A stretch of DNA of 28,829 bases from a virus (lineage: Duplodnaviria > Caudoviricetes): positions 1 to 28,829 of IMG/VR virus record IMGVR_UViG_3300044878_000053; one strand, 5' to 3'. The notes below the pieces were generated by a model. The model was not told the origin of the DNA. It worked only from the letters and a program-made list of their open reading frames with translations, and did no database searches. The translations under genes were made by a program, and so were the position numbers. How positions within the stretch are numbered: the stretch's first letter is position 1; the number at the start of each line of letters is the position of its first letter. Below, one piece after another: positions 7,897 to 17,145 of this stretch.

Positions 7897-8481
7897 TCAC
7901 CACCCCCTAACGAAGTTGATCAACGTCAGACACTTGTAGTACCCCACGGCAATTGCGTCAGTGGAGTGTTCGTCTAACAGTTCGATCCGTTTCCCTGATT
8001 CGTTCCGGTAGTTCTTCAGACGCAGGATGCCTTGCAGGACTTCTTCCTTCTTCTTACTTTTACCGGGTGCCCCAACAGCAATCTTTGCTGATGGTGGATC
8101 AACTGTTTCGAGAGGCATGGTGACATCGTATTGATACAGTGCTCGACGGATAGCCGTCTTACATTCCACCAATGCTTCGAATGCTTGCGGAAATCTTCCC
8201 AAGAACGGTGACTCGCAAATCAGCGCGTTGGGTTGAAAGTATTGCATCCAATGTAACAGTTCGATCTGATGCGAATGCAGCTTAGCCCAGCGGTTCCCGT
8301 GTACTTCAGCCACACCAGGATACTGCCGACTGTTGCGCTCTCCGTGGAGAGTGGTAGCATCTCGCAAGATCACCTCTCCATTGTAGAGGTCTACATCATG
8401 TACAGCAGTACCTAGGGTGTCTGTACCAGGGTCAATAGAACCAACCCTGAAGTACCGACTGTGTTCTGGGATAAACAACAT
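7897..8481 (-). CDS. ruvC: RuvC-like Holliday junction resolvase
   Basis: Catalytic pattern 'VGSIDPGTDTLG' (D), 'LICESPF' (E), 'AKIAVGAPGKSKKKEEV', 'DEHSTDAIAVG' (DxxD-like). Confidence 0.85.
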   Translation of the reverse strand: MLFIPEHSRYFRVGSIDPGTDTLGTAVHDVDLYNGEVILRDATTLHGERNSRQYPGVAEVHGNRWAKLHSHQIELLHWMQYFQPNALICESPFLGRFPQAFEALVECKTAIRRALYQYDVTMPLETVDPPSAKIAVGAPGKSKKKEEVLQGILRLKNYRNESGKRIELLDEHSTDAIAVGYYKCLTLINFVRGW

Positions 8482-8490
8482 AAGCAAGGA

Positions 8491-9357
8491 TCAACCGTTG
8501 TTGGCACTCACGTAGTTGGCGTCAGTCAGCAGAGGCTCAGTCGCACCCAGTTCGATGTCCTGAGTGAAGCCTTTGTTGGTGAAGGCCACGGAGTGGTGAG
8601 TGGTGATGAAGCTAGCGATCTGTGCAGTGATCACTTCCTTCATGTTGAACTGAGTGTTACCTGGACCTTGTACTTGAGCGTTGCGATCCACGCCAGTCAC
8701 CATGCCGATCTCGGAGATCACGGCGTAGGCTTCGTTGTCGTATTTGATACGGCAAGCGTTGATCAGCTCGAGCACGTCTTCAGCACTGAACACGAGGGTC
8801 AGGATCTGAGAGGTCGACAGGTAGTCGCCAGTGGAAGTCAACACGCCTTCGTTCGACATCGCGGGAGGAGTCGGGTTCAGGTTGGCCAGGTTAGGAACGT
8901 AAGGAACCGTTTCCTTCTGGTCACCGTCCACGATGGTGTGGGTAATCTGAGGCTGGGTGTCAGCCATCGAGATACGCTTCAGGTAGTACGCGAAGTAGTT
9001 CACGCCACCGATGTTTTCCAGACGACGCAGACCGTAACGCGAACGGGCTACAACATCAAGGTCGTTATCAACACGGCGCAGGACAAAAGGCAAGTGTCGA
9101 TACAGAGCAGCATCTGAAGCTCGGTGTGGGAGAGGAGAAGTGTAAGGAACTCCATCGGCACCTACCATGTTCTTGTGGCCACCGTTACCAATGCAGTAGT
9201 AACGCATAGCAGGACGTTCAGCATCACCCAGTTCTTCGTCGGCCAGGATGCCGAACTTCTCGTTCAGGGTGGTGTGTTCGAGGATAGTGGGGAGCTGACC
9301 CAGCAGCAGAGAAGTCTGTAAGGAGGAACCCCAGACACTCCGAGTGATAGTTTTCAT
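8491..9357 (-). CDS. phiKZ-like virion structural (baseplate/tail) protein, gp139-like, 288 aa
   Basis: 'TTLNEKFGI...RYYCIGNGGH...LPFVLRRVDNDL...AYYLKRI...ISEIGMVTGVD' recalled as a conserved phiKZ-like structural family. Syntenic with RuvC. Confidence 0.7.
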   Translation of the reverse strand: MKTITRSVWGSSLQTSLLLGQLPTILEHTTLNEKFGILADEELGDAERPAMRYYCIGNGGHKNMVGADGVPYTSPLPHRASDAALYRHLPFVLRRVDNDLDVVARSRYGLRRLENIGGVNYFAYYLKRISMADTQPQITHTIVDGDQKETVPYVPNLANLNPTPPAMSNEGVLTSTGDYLSTSQILTLVFSAEDVLELINACRIKYDNEAYAVISEIGMVTGVDRNAQVQGPGNTQFNMKEVITAQIASFITTHHSVAFTNKGFTQDIELGATEPLLTDANYVSANNG

Positions 9358-9436
9358 AAAAGAACCTTTTCAACGAGAGGTTACAAGCCGACCTAGGTCA
9401 ACTAAATTAAGCCAGTACACAGTATATCTCTACGGA

Positions 9437-9465
9437 ACGGCATAAAGGAGAGCCGAAGCCCTCCT
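9437..9465 (-). terminator. UUCG hairpin followed by TTATGCCGT
   Basis: Minus strand reads AGGAGGGC-TTCG-GCTCTCCT-TTATGCCGT, just after the stop at 9472. Confidence 0.75.
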
Positions 9466-9471
9466 CTACGT

Positions 9472-10044
9472 TTAAGCATCCAGCAGAGACACGTTGCCAA
9501 GGTCACGAGTACCCGACAGGAACGCCAATTCACCACCGTTTGGATCAACCACTCGAACGAATACCGAACCACCGTTAGACGACTTCGGTAAGAAGCGTGG
9601 AGACTTGTCAGCTATCTTGAACTCCACCACACCACCAACAGCCATGGCTTCACTGATCATCGTCAGGTCAGTCATCGGGGTAGTCGTGTTAGGGATCAGA
9701 GTGTCCTGTGGCTCCAACACCAAACCGTACGCACCCTTAAGGTTAGCCGCCATGGTAGAGAAGCTGAACGGGAACATCGCTGTGAAGGTAAACTCCACGT
9801 AACCATTCAACAGGGTAGTCACGTTAGCCCGCTTGTAGGTCAACGGTACGACACCCTTGTAACGACCCGGTACGCCTGACAGCGCTGTGGTACGAGCCGT
9901 CATCGTGCACGTCACCGACTGACCTTGGTTGGTATAGCTCAGATCCAAGTGATCGGTTTCGAGGTAGTGGTCGTTGTAGTCTTGGAACAGTTTTACCAGC
10001 ACTTCATTGCCGGTGCTTTTCAATACTTCACTGAGTTCTAGCAT
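9472..10044 (-). CDS. Putative virion tail/baseplate protein (phiKZ gp130/gp131-family N-terminal domain), about 190 aa
   Basis: 'YKGVVPLTYKRANV...YGLVLEPQD...SPRF' resembles the N-terminal domain of the neighbouring 10044-11294 protein ('FSGESLFIYNRLDL...YGYVFDSDD...SLRW'). TGATG coupling. Confidence 0.6.
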   Translation of the reverse strand: MLELSEVLKSTGNEVLVKLFQDYNDHYLETDHLDLSYTNQGQSVTCTMTARTTALSGVPGRYKGVVPLTYKRANVTTLLNGYVEFTFTAMFPFSFSTMAANLKGAYGLVLEPQDTLIPNTTTPMTDLTMISEAMAVGGVVEFKIADKSPRFLPKSSNGGSVFVRVVDPNGGELAFLSGTRDLGNVSLLDA

Positions 10045-11294
10045 CACAGTTTACTCAAGTTGTAGTGGATCATCAGACTGCCTCGCAAGTTGGTGCAGTA
10101 CTGGTCATTGAGTTCAACCACCCAGATGTACCCCATGAACGGGTTGTAAGCCTGAGGATACTTACGGTTGAAACCGTTGAAGATCACCTTGGCACCGAAC
10201 AGGTTGTTTGGAGACTGTCGGTTCACACATTTCCAACGAGCCTCACCAGTGGCAGACTCTTGGTTGAAGATCGAGTTGAGGAAAGCAACGTTGGCGTTGT
10301 TAACCGTGAACTCAAAGTCCGTGGGGAACGACGTGATCTCCGTAGGGAAGTTGTGGCCATGGGCTTGACCCCAGTTGAGTAACTCAGGCACCCCTTTGTA
10401 CACGATCGGAAACTCAGGGAGGATCACAGGAATCCTCGAACTGTAGTAGATCACCAGATCACCGGCGAGGTCTGTACAGTACGTCGGCGACAGCTCAATC
10501 ACCAACACCTTAGTAGAAGCAGCGTTATAAGGCACCACTCCGTAATCTTCCACCCGTCCGTTGTACTTAACCTTAGCCCCGAACAAGTTACGAGGTCCCG
10601 GCGTAGTCGAGGACTTCCACGGGCCCTGTATGCCCGCTGGGAGGTGTCCGTAGATCGAGTCCAGATACTTGGTCAAGTTCGCCGTGTCCGTCACTGGGCC
10701 TTTACGTACGGTCTTCAGGTAACTACCGTAGAACAGTCCATCAGTGAATGGTTTCACATGCGTTACGAAAGTCCGTCCTTGGTTCTCCACTACATCGAGG
10801 CCACCCAAGTCAGTGATCTTCGCCAACGTAACCAGATCGTCACGAGGTAACAGGTTTACCGCAAACTCACCGACCCAACGTAAAGAACGTGGAGTAGCAC
10901 GCAGCTTGTAGCCGTGAGCATTGGAGACTGTGATGATCTCCTCGTAGAAGTCATCTGAGTCGAATACGTAGCCGTACTCTGCACCCAAGATGTCCACTAA
11001 GTGACTGGTGGTGGTTGGTAGGTCTAACGTCAGGTTAACCTTAACGCCCCCGAAGAAAGTCCCAAGGTCCAACCGGTTGTAAATGAATAGCGACTCCCCC
11101 GAGAAAGGTACGGGTGCAAAAGGGTCAAAGCTCTTGCGTACCTTTAACGTTACCTGAGTCTGTCGTCCCACGAGGGCAGTCACGTCACGGATGTCAATGA
11201 TGTCATCACGCAAGGTTACGCCGTTACGGAAACTGGCAATCTCAAGTAAAGCTTTGGTAGGAGTCAAGTTTAGAAGACCGATAGTGTCAAGCAC
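10044..11294 (-). CDS. Putative virion tail/baseplate protein (phiKZ gp130-like) with a duplicated C-terminal domain
   Basis: 'YNRLDL...SLRWVG' motif typical of phiKZ tail paralog families and two copies of 'W...NLFGAKVxxNG...ELxxxYCTxLxGxLxIxY'. GTG 11294 is better spaced from the AAGGAG SD than 11303. Confidence 0.68.
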   Translation of the reverse strand: MLDTIGLLNLTPTKALLEIASFRNGVTLRDDIIDIRDVTALVGRQTQVTLKVRKSFDPFAPVPFSGESLFIYNRLDLGTFFGGVKVNLTLDLPTTTSHLVDILGAEYGYVFDSDDFYEEIITVSNAHGYKLRATPRSLRWVGEFAVNLLPRDDLVTLAKITDLGGLDVVENQGRTFVTHVKPFTDGLFYGSYLKTVRKGPVTDTANLTKYLDSIYGHLPAGIQGPWKSSTTPGPRNLFGAKVKYNGRVEDYGVVPYNAASTKVLVIELSPTYCTDLAGDLVIYYSSRIPVILPEFPIVYKGVPELLNWGQAHGHNFPTEITSFPTDFEFTVNNANVAFLNSIFNQESATGEARWKCVNRQSPNNLFGAKVIFNGFNRKYPQAYNPFMGYIWVVELNDQYCTNLRGSLMIHYNLSKL

Positions 11295-11310
11295 TGTCCT
11301 CACTCCTTAC

Positions 11311-11360
11311 AGGCAAAAAAGAAAAGGGTCCACACACCCCCGAGAGAATGTGTGGAACCC
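11311..11360 (-). terminator. Rho-independent-type terminator
   Basis: Minus strand reads GGGTTCCACACATTCT-CTCG-GGGGTGTGTGGACCC-TTTTCTTTTTTGCC, directly after the stop at 11370. Confidence 0.75.
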
Positions 11361-11369
11361 ACTAACAAC

Positions 11370-14204
11370 TTAAGACTGACTCAAGGTCAAGCCTGGTAGA
11401 CGAGTGAATACAACCATGTCGGCCAGTTTATTGGAGTAGGTGAGACCATCGAGATCCGAGGCCAGCGCCAACGGAGCAGGTGGAGCACCGTATTCCAAAC
11501 CATCCATCGTAGCGGCTAGAGCAATCTGCTCTTCCTCAAACGGTGTATAGTCAAACCCTTCGAGGTTACTCAGGTTGAGCTTAGTCGGAGGCTCAGGGTA
11601 TTCGAATCCATCCATTACCGTAACGAGGTTCAGTCGCTTAGCATTGGTTGGGTAATCGAACCCAGGCATCTCGTTGATCAACTGCAACACTGGTGTGGTA
11701 TCAGCACCATAGTCGAAGCCAGTCAGCTCAGTCTCTACATCTATCGGGTTCTCTGGGACTGCGTAATCAAAGCCAGTCTGATCCAGTACCAAGTCGATGT
11801 CGAGACCTAAGTCCTCGTAGTCAAAGCCATCCAGATTCGGATCTGTGTCCAGAGGAGGCACAGGAACTGGTCCGTAGTTGAAACCATTCAGGTGCTGAAG
11901 GTTCAGTGCTACGTCGTCAACTGGAGAGTACTCGAAGCCATTGATCTGCAACGTAACCAGCGGTACTTCCAACGTTGGGCGATAGTCGAAACCACCCAAG
12001 GCTGTCAACACAGTGTTGATGTGTTTGTATTCGCCGATGTTGTGCGGAGGATTCTCTGGGTACAGGTATTCAGGCACCGGTGTCTTGTTGATGATGTCAT
12101 CAAGATCCAATACCTTAACTTCCGGCACCGACAGATACACGGTAGGAATAACCATGCGGTGGCTGTAACGAGTGTAGGCATCAGTACCAAAGTCAACTGT
12201 AGGATCGTAGCCGTCGGCGTGTCCTTCAATCGCACTGTTAGTAGCAGTGAACGTCACTTCATCCAGAGTGGTCGAGTCAACGTGCTTGCCAGTACCATCC
12301 ATTCCCTGAACATAAACGTTCGAGGAGTGCAGGTACATTCCACCTTCACCTTTACCAGCCGTGTCACCTTGACGAATCGCTGACCAGTTCAGTGCAATCA
12401 TGTTCGTACCGCGCAGCTCACGGATGAACTGAACAGTGTAACTACTGAGCTGTGTCAACAGACGAATCATTGCCTTCTGGAGTTCGTCCAGAGAGACTGT
12501 GACCTTTAAGCTGGTGCCTGTCGCCAAAGCTAACAGGTTGGTGTAGAGCAACTCGTACTCAGCCTTGGAGAACTCAGAGGTATCGATCTGGTGATCACGC
12601 AACCAAGTGTCGTACGGAATCTTATCCGCAAGGTTGCACTCTTTGTTCATGTACAGGTGGTTAGCCGCAGCTTCAGCCTGACCGCGAGAGACGTGGTGTT
12701 CCTGAGTGGTGTACAGCCAGTTGTGTTCACGCCAAGCTGCGTGGATCGCCACACACTTGTTATAGAACGCATCGACCGAGATCACCGGCTCTAAGACTGG
12801 TTGGTCATGTAACAACGCATCCAGCAGCTTGTCAGAGACTCGTTCTTCTTCAGTAATCTTACGCAGGTCTGCACGTGTGGGGAGCTTACGCTTCCGCACC
12901 ATAACAGCATCCAGATTCGGAACGTACGGCAGGTCTTGACCCAGCGCTTTGTTCAGAGCGTAGATAAACAGAATGAAGGCATCCTTCGCGTTGTACCACA
13001 ACTGATCGCCGGTAAGCGGGTTGTCGAATGCGATGATGGTCTCGTACAAACCTTCCTGAGCAAAGTAGATCCAGTGGTTCAGCAACACGTCAGAGAACGT
13101 CAGTGCGTAATCGTTACTCCGATCCACGACTGAGGACTCGAGGACTTTCGTCTTGAGTCGGTTCTTCGGACTGTTCTTCATCAGGTCAGTAACGCGACGG
13201 ATCTCACGATCAGTTTCGTTGTAGTTTCCTGGTGCCACTTCAGCTTCACGCTGAACGATCCCTTCCACCGTCCAAGTGTCAACTGGGTTACCACTCGCCA
13301 TCCGCGTCAGGTCACGACGCTTAACTTCAATGGTCGGGTACAAGTTGTCGGGCTGGTCACTTACGTTATGATGTAAATTGAACTCTGCCACCGGAAGCTT
13401 GCGCAGAGTCATGACCCGATCGACTAACCAGTCGAACGTTTCCTGTTTACCAGCGTTGCGCTGAATCCACAGAATGTTGCGGTAGAAGAACAACATCTGT
13501 TCTTTGTTCATGTGAGACATGAACTGATCCAGACGTCCGTGGGAAGCGAGGTACTCTCGAATGTGGAAGCTGTGGACTTGTTCAGTCTTACAGTTAGCCA
13601 GTCGAGCGTTCATGATGTCTACTGGAAGTTCCAGTGCTTGCAACAGCAGTTGACCTGCTGGGTACAAGTCATCAACGTTCACGTATTCAGCCACGTCCCA
13701 TCGAGTGCGGCGTGCGTAGATCTTCTCCTGGATTTGGTCAACCAGGTTTGTTTCGTTTTCCTCAATTAAGAATTGATCAATCCAGAGGATCTTCCCGTCA
13801 GGTGCATCAATGGCGGTTTGCAGATCAACTGGATTCAAGATACCTAGGATCAGGTCTTCCTGAGCCGGGAATCGTTTTACCAATTCGTTGTAATAGCGAG
13901 TACCGAATGCGTAGGCACGTCGGGTGTCAGTGTGGATCGCTAACGATTCAATGTCGAAGGAGATCTCTTGACGAGTCTCAATAGACATCACTGTCATCGG
14001 TTTGTCGTACGGGTGGTAACGCCCAGCCAAATTCAGGTAGTACTTCCACGTAGTTGGATCGTCAACGTCGACGTCGAACGGTACCGGACGGACCTCGGAT
14101 AGACCTGTATTTATTGCGTTAGCACTCGCTTCACTCTTGATGACAATCGTTTTCGCCATCGCAAGGACGGAGTCCTCGTAAAGTCTATAGTAAGCGTTGG
14201 ACAC
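11370..14204 (-). CDS. Large virion structural (baseplate) protein, phiKZ gp128-like, with a C-terminal GFDY repeat tail
   Basis: 'DPTTWKYYLNLAGRYH...HSFHIREYLASH...FYRNILWIQRNAGKQETFDWL...TKVLES' recalled as the conserved family divergent from the portal in phiKZ-like phages. Likely GTG start at 14204 with GGAGG 8 nt upstream; the ORF track uses TTG 14219. Confidence 0.75.
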   Translation of the reverse strand: MSNAYYRLYEDSVLAMAKTIVIKSEASANAINTGLSEVRPVPFDVDVDDPTTWKYYLNLAGRYHPYDKPMTVMSIETRQEISFDIESLAIHTDTRRAYAFGTRYYNELVKRFPAQEDLILGILNPVDLQTAIDAPDGKILWIDQFLIEENETNLVDQIQEKIYARRTRWDVAEYVNVDDLYPAGQLLLQALELPVDIMNARLANCKTEQVHSFHIREYLASHGRLDQFMSHMNKEQMLFFYRNILWIQRNAGKQETFDWLVDRVMTLRKLPVAEFNLHHNVSDQPDNLYPTIEVKRRDLTRMASGNPVDTWTVEGIVQREAEVAPGNYNETDREIRRVTDLMKNSPKNRLKTKVLESSVVDRSNDYALTFSDVLLNHWIYFAQEGLYETIIAFDNPLTGDQLWYNAKDAFILFIYALNKALGQDLPYVPNLDAVMVRKRKLPTRADLRKITEEERVSDKLLDALLHDQPVLEPVISVDAFYNKCVAIHAAWREHNWLYTTQEHHVSRGQAEAAANHLYMNKECNLADKIPYDTWLRDHQIDTSEFSKAEYELLYTNLLALATGTSLKVTVSLDELQKAMIRLLTQLSSYTVQFIRELRGTNMIALNWSAIRQGDTAGKGEGGMYLHSSNVYVQGMDGTGKHVDSTTLDEVTFTATNSAIEGHADGYDPTVDFGTDAYTRYSHRMVIPTVYLSVPEVKVLDLDDIINKTPVPEYLYPENPPHNIGEYKHINTVLTALGGFDYRPTLEVPLVTLQINGFEYSPVDDVALNLQHLNGFNYGPVPVPPLDTDPNLDGFDYEDLGLDIDLVLDQTGFDYAVPENPIDVETELTGFDYGADTTPVLQLINEMPGFDYPTNAKRLNLVTVMDGFEYPEPPTKLNLSNLEGFDYTPFEEEQIALAATMDGLEYGAPPAPLALASDLDGLTYSNKLADMVVFTRLPGLTLSQS
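11373..12010 (-). repeat. 12 tandem degenerate peptide repeats of 17-19 aa, consensus (L/M)-x-G-(F/L)-(D/E)-Y
   Basis: GGFDY, NGFEY, NGFNY, DGFDY, TGFDY, TGFDY, PGFDY, DGFEY, EGFDY, DGLEY, DGLTY, PGLTL, with spacings 18,18,19,18,18,19,18,17,19,18,18 aa counted from the translation. Confidence 0.92.
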
Positions 14205-14254
14205 GTCACGGTCCTCCAAATCAACTTTCTTTAATCGTCACTAGGAGTGGTTAT

Positions 14255-17140
14255 ATGTCTGGTCCTGATTATGACTCTAACCAAATGCAATTACTCGGGT
14301 TAGATAGTCAGAAGCGGCGCTTCGAAAAGATGCCGCTGTTCAAGAAACGTCCCCTGGCCTCGGCTGTTGTCAATAAACTTGTGCGCCGTGGTATGGACGC
14401 TCTGGAAGCGAACACCGGTCAGAATAACCGTAATGGCGCAGACATGCCCACTGCGGGCTATCTCAACAAGGTCTCGGACACTACCGCTGGTAACGTCACT
14501 GATGCAGCCAACCTGTACCAGATGTTGCCGGATACAGAACTGGCCGAACAGATCCTCGTTAGTAGTATCTTGTCTCCAAAAGACATGGTCACTACAGAGC
14601 TGAACTACCTCTGCAACGAGTCGTCGTTGAAGGGAGAGATCACCGGGGTAATGTTGGCCGTGGTGGAGGAGTTTTTCACCAAAGTCTATAAAATAGATCC
14701 CCAACTGCCGAAGATTCTGTCCGACGTTCTGTTTAAGAAGGGTTCCTACCCGATCTTGATCATTCCTGAGTCCTCGGTGGATGAAATCATCAACGGCGAT
14801 CGCCCTAACGCTTCGATGGAAGACATCGGTCAAGCGTCTGCTGGTCTGTTCAATTACAGCATCGGCATCCTGGGTGACTCGAAGTTTGAAGACGGTAAGT
14901 CTGTTCCTCGTTCCCGTCAGAAGGTCTCGATGGAAGACATGGGTCAGTACTACACCCAGAACTTCCGTATGTTGCGTCCACGACTGGTGAAGAAAGGTTT
15001 CGATACCAAGATCACCGTGTCGGACAACCCTGACGTACTGAAAGCTCCATTCGTCCAAGCACTGCAACGTCGTCGCCATTTGGCTAACACGTTCAAGTCG
15101 CGTGGCTTCGGTATGGAGTCGAACAACGAGGTGACGCGTGATGACATCGAAATGTCGTTCTACCGTCCTCGTCTGAATGCTGCTCGTCCTGTTGTGGCGA
15201 TGAAGACCAAAGACCAGATCAAGCGCGCTACTGTGGGTCACCCTCTGGTAATGCGTCTGCCTTCGGAATCCATCATCCCTGTGCACGTTCCTGGTTCTCC
15301 AGACGAACACATTGGTTACTTCGTGATCCTTGACCAGACTGGTAACCCAGTGGTGAAGGCAAACAGGTCTGAGTACTACAACGACCTGAACATGAACATG
15401 ACCACTAACAAGGACATGGCGTCTCAGTTGATCTCCCAAGGTCAGCGGACTGTAGAAGGTTACCAACAACGTTCTGACGTGGACACTGAGGAAGCTACTC
15501 GGATCTACGCACAGCTCGTGGAAGAAGATCTGGTGGCTCGTCTGCGTAACGGTATCTACGCTGACAACATCGAGATCTCTCGTCCGTTGGAAGTGTACCG
15601 GATCATGCTGGCGCGTACCTTTGCGAACATGACTACCCAGTTGCTGTTCGTACCTGCGGAACTTGTCACCTACTTCGCATTCGACTACAACCGCTTCGGC
15701 GTGGGTAAGTCCTTGCTGGAAGACAACAAGATCCTGGCTTCTCTGCGTGTAATGATGATGCTGTCCAACACCATGGCGGCTATCAAGAACTCGGTGCCAC
15801 ACACTGGGCTCAACATTACTCTCGACCCGACTGACCCAGATCCGTCGTCGACTGTAGAGAAACTGGTTCACAACTACACTCAGACACGTCAGGCTTCCTA
15901 CCCACTGGGTGCCTCGTCTCCTGTGGACATTGTGAACTTCCTGCAAAACGCTGGTGTGGACTTGAACGTTCAGGGTTCTCCTGCGTATCCAGAAACCCGC
16001 ATGGAAGTAGAAGACCGGCAGCGTTCGGTAGCCAAACCAGACACTGACCTCGAAGACAACCTCAAGAAGCAATTCCTGATGTCGTTGGGTCTGTCTCCTG
16101 AAACTGTGGACAATGGCTACAACGTTGAGTTCGCTACGTCCATCGTGACTTCCAACCTGTTGCTCACTAAGCGTGTGATGCTCTACCAAGACCTCTTCAC
16201 TGAGTTGCTGGGTGAGTTCATCCGTAAGTACGTGTTCAACTCCGGCAACCTCCTCGACAAGCTGCGCAAGGTTGTAGAAGCCAACCGCAACATGATCGAA
16301 GTGGAAGACGGTCAGGAAGCTCCTGAGACTGATGCAATCATCCAAGAGTTCATCAACTCTCTGGCAGTGTCTCTCCCACGTCCTGACTCGATTACCCTCG
16401 AACGTCAGATGGAAGCTTACGACAAGTACGTTGAAGGTCTGGAGAAGTGCTTGGAAGCCTACTTCAGCAGCGACTTCCTCGACGGTACTGCGATGGGCGA
16501 CCAGCAAGAATCCGTAGACGTAGTGAAGGCAGCTATCTTGGCTCACTTCAAACGTAAGTGGATGCGTGAGAACAACGTCCTCCCAGAACTGGCAGAACTC
16601 GTAACGTTCACAGAAGACGATCACCCAATGATTGACTTGCTGTCTGAACACACTACTCACATTGACGCAATTGCAGCCAGCATCCAGGGCTACATGGTCA
16701 AAGTGGCTGAGTCCGTCGATAAACGCAACAAGCTGACCGAAGCTATCGAATCCGATAAACATATCGAAGTAGGTGGTGGCGGTGGTGGTATGGATACCAG
16801 CAGCGATGACTCCGGTGACGGAGACGATGGCGGTGAAGGTGGTGATGACGACTTCGGCGATGATGGTTTCGGCGGAGACGACATGGGTGGTGACATGGAT
16901 GGCGGTGACGATACTGGCGAAGGTGACGACGAGTCCGGTGGTGATGATGAATCACTGGATGTAGACGACGCTGATGCTGAAGACGCAGCCGGTGCCGGTG
17001 GCGACGGTAGTAATGACAATGGTGGCGACTCAGATGAGGACATCGGTGACGAAGGTGCTCCTGATACAGCCAACAGTTCCCTAGCGGCATTCTTGGATCA
17101 GACCAAGCAAGCCCGTAAAGACAACGAACCAAAGGCATAA
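14255..17140 (+). CDS. Portal protein, phiKZ gp129-like, 961 aa, with an acidic G/D-rich C-terminal tail
   Basis: 'LPDTELAEQILVSSILSPKD', 'GHPLVMRLPSESIIPVHVPGSPDEHIGYF...GNP', 'YFAFDY...G.GKSLL'. Synteny with the capsid/RNAP block and an AGGAG SD. Confidence 0.75.
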   Translation: MSGPDYDSNQMQLLGLDSQKRRFEKMPLFKKRPLASAVVNKLVRRGMDALEANTGQNNRNGADMPTAGYLNKVSDTTAGNVTDAANLYQMLPDTELAEQILVSSILSPKDMVTTELNYLCNESSLKGEITGVMLAVVEEFFTKVYKIDPQLPKILSDVLFKKGSYPILIIPESSVDEIINGDRPNASMEDIGQASAGLFNYSIGILGDSKFEDGKSVPRSRQKVSMEDMGQYYTQNFRMLRPRLVKKGFDTKITVSDNPDVLKAPFVQALQRRRHLANTFKSRGFGMESNNEVTRDDIEMSFYRPRLNAARPVVAMKTKDQIKRATVGHPLVMRLPSESIIPVHVPGSPDEHIGYFVILDQTGNPVVKANRSEYYNDLNMNMTTNKDMASQLISQGQRTVEGYQQRSDVDTEEATRIYAQLVEEDLVARLRNGIYADNIEISRPLEVYRIMLARTFANMTTQLLFVPAELVTYFAFDYNRFGVGKSLLEDNKILASLRVMMMLSNTMAAIKNSVPHTGLNITLDPTDPDPSSTVEKLVHNYTQTRQASYPLGASSPVDIVNFLQNAGVDLNVQGSPAYPETRMEVEDRQRSVAKPDTDLEDNLKKQFLMSLGLSPETVDNGYNVEFATSIVTSNLLLTKRVMLYQDLFTELLGEFIRKYVFNSGNLLDKLRKVVEANRNMIEVEDGQEAPETDAIIQEFINSLAVSLPRPDSITLERQMEAYDKYVEGLEKCLEAYFSSDFLDGTAMGDQQESVDVVKAAILAHFKRKWMRENNVLPELAELVTFTEDDHPMIDLLSEHTTHIDAIAASIQGYMVKVAESVDKRNKLTEAIESDKHIEVGGGGGGMDTSSDDSGDGDDGGEGGDDDFGDDGFGGDDMGGDMDGGDDTGEGDDESGGDDESLDVDDADAEDAAGAGGDGSNDNGGDSDEDIGDEGAPDTANSSLAAFLDQTKQARKDNEPKA
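16770..17060 (+). repeat. Low-complexity GGT/GAC/GAT-rich tract encoding the Gly/Asp-rich tail
   Basis: 'GGGGGGMDTSSDDSGDGDDGGEGGDDDFGDDGFGGDDMGGDMDGGDD...'. Confidence 0.85.
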
Positions 17141-17145
17141 CAACC

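Noticed and set aside
11373-12010. Regularly spaced short repeats (about 54 nt period) as a possible CRISPR array or DGR template
   Set aside because: Conservation is at the amino-acid level with synonymous variation, inside an open reading frame. There are no identical 25-40 nt repeats and no cas or reverse transcriptase gene in the window.
14300-16762. 820 aa antisense ORF opposite the portal
   Set aside because: It is an in-register shadow of a codon-biased gene (few TTA/CTA/TCA codons means few antisense stops). The V/H/Q-rich translation has no motifs.
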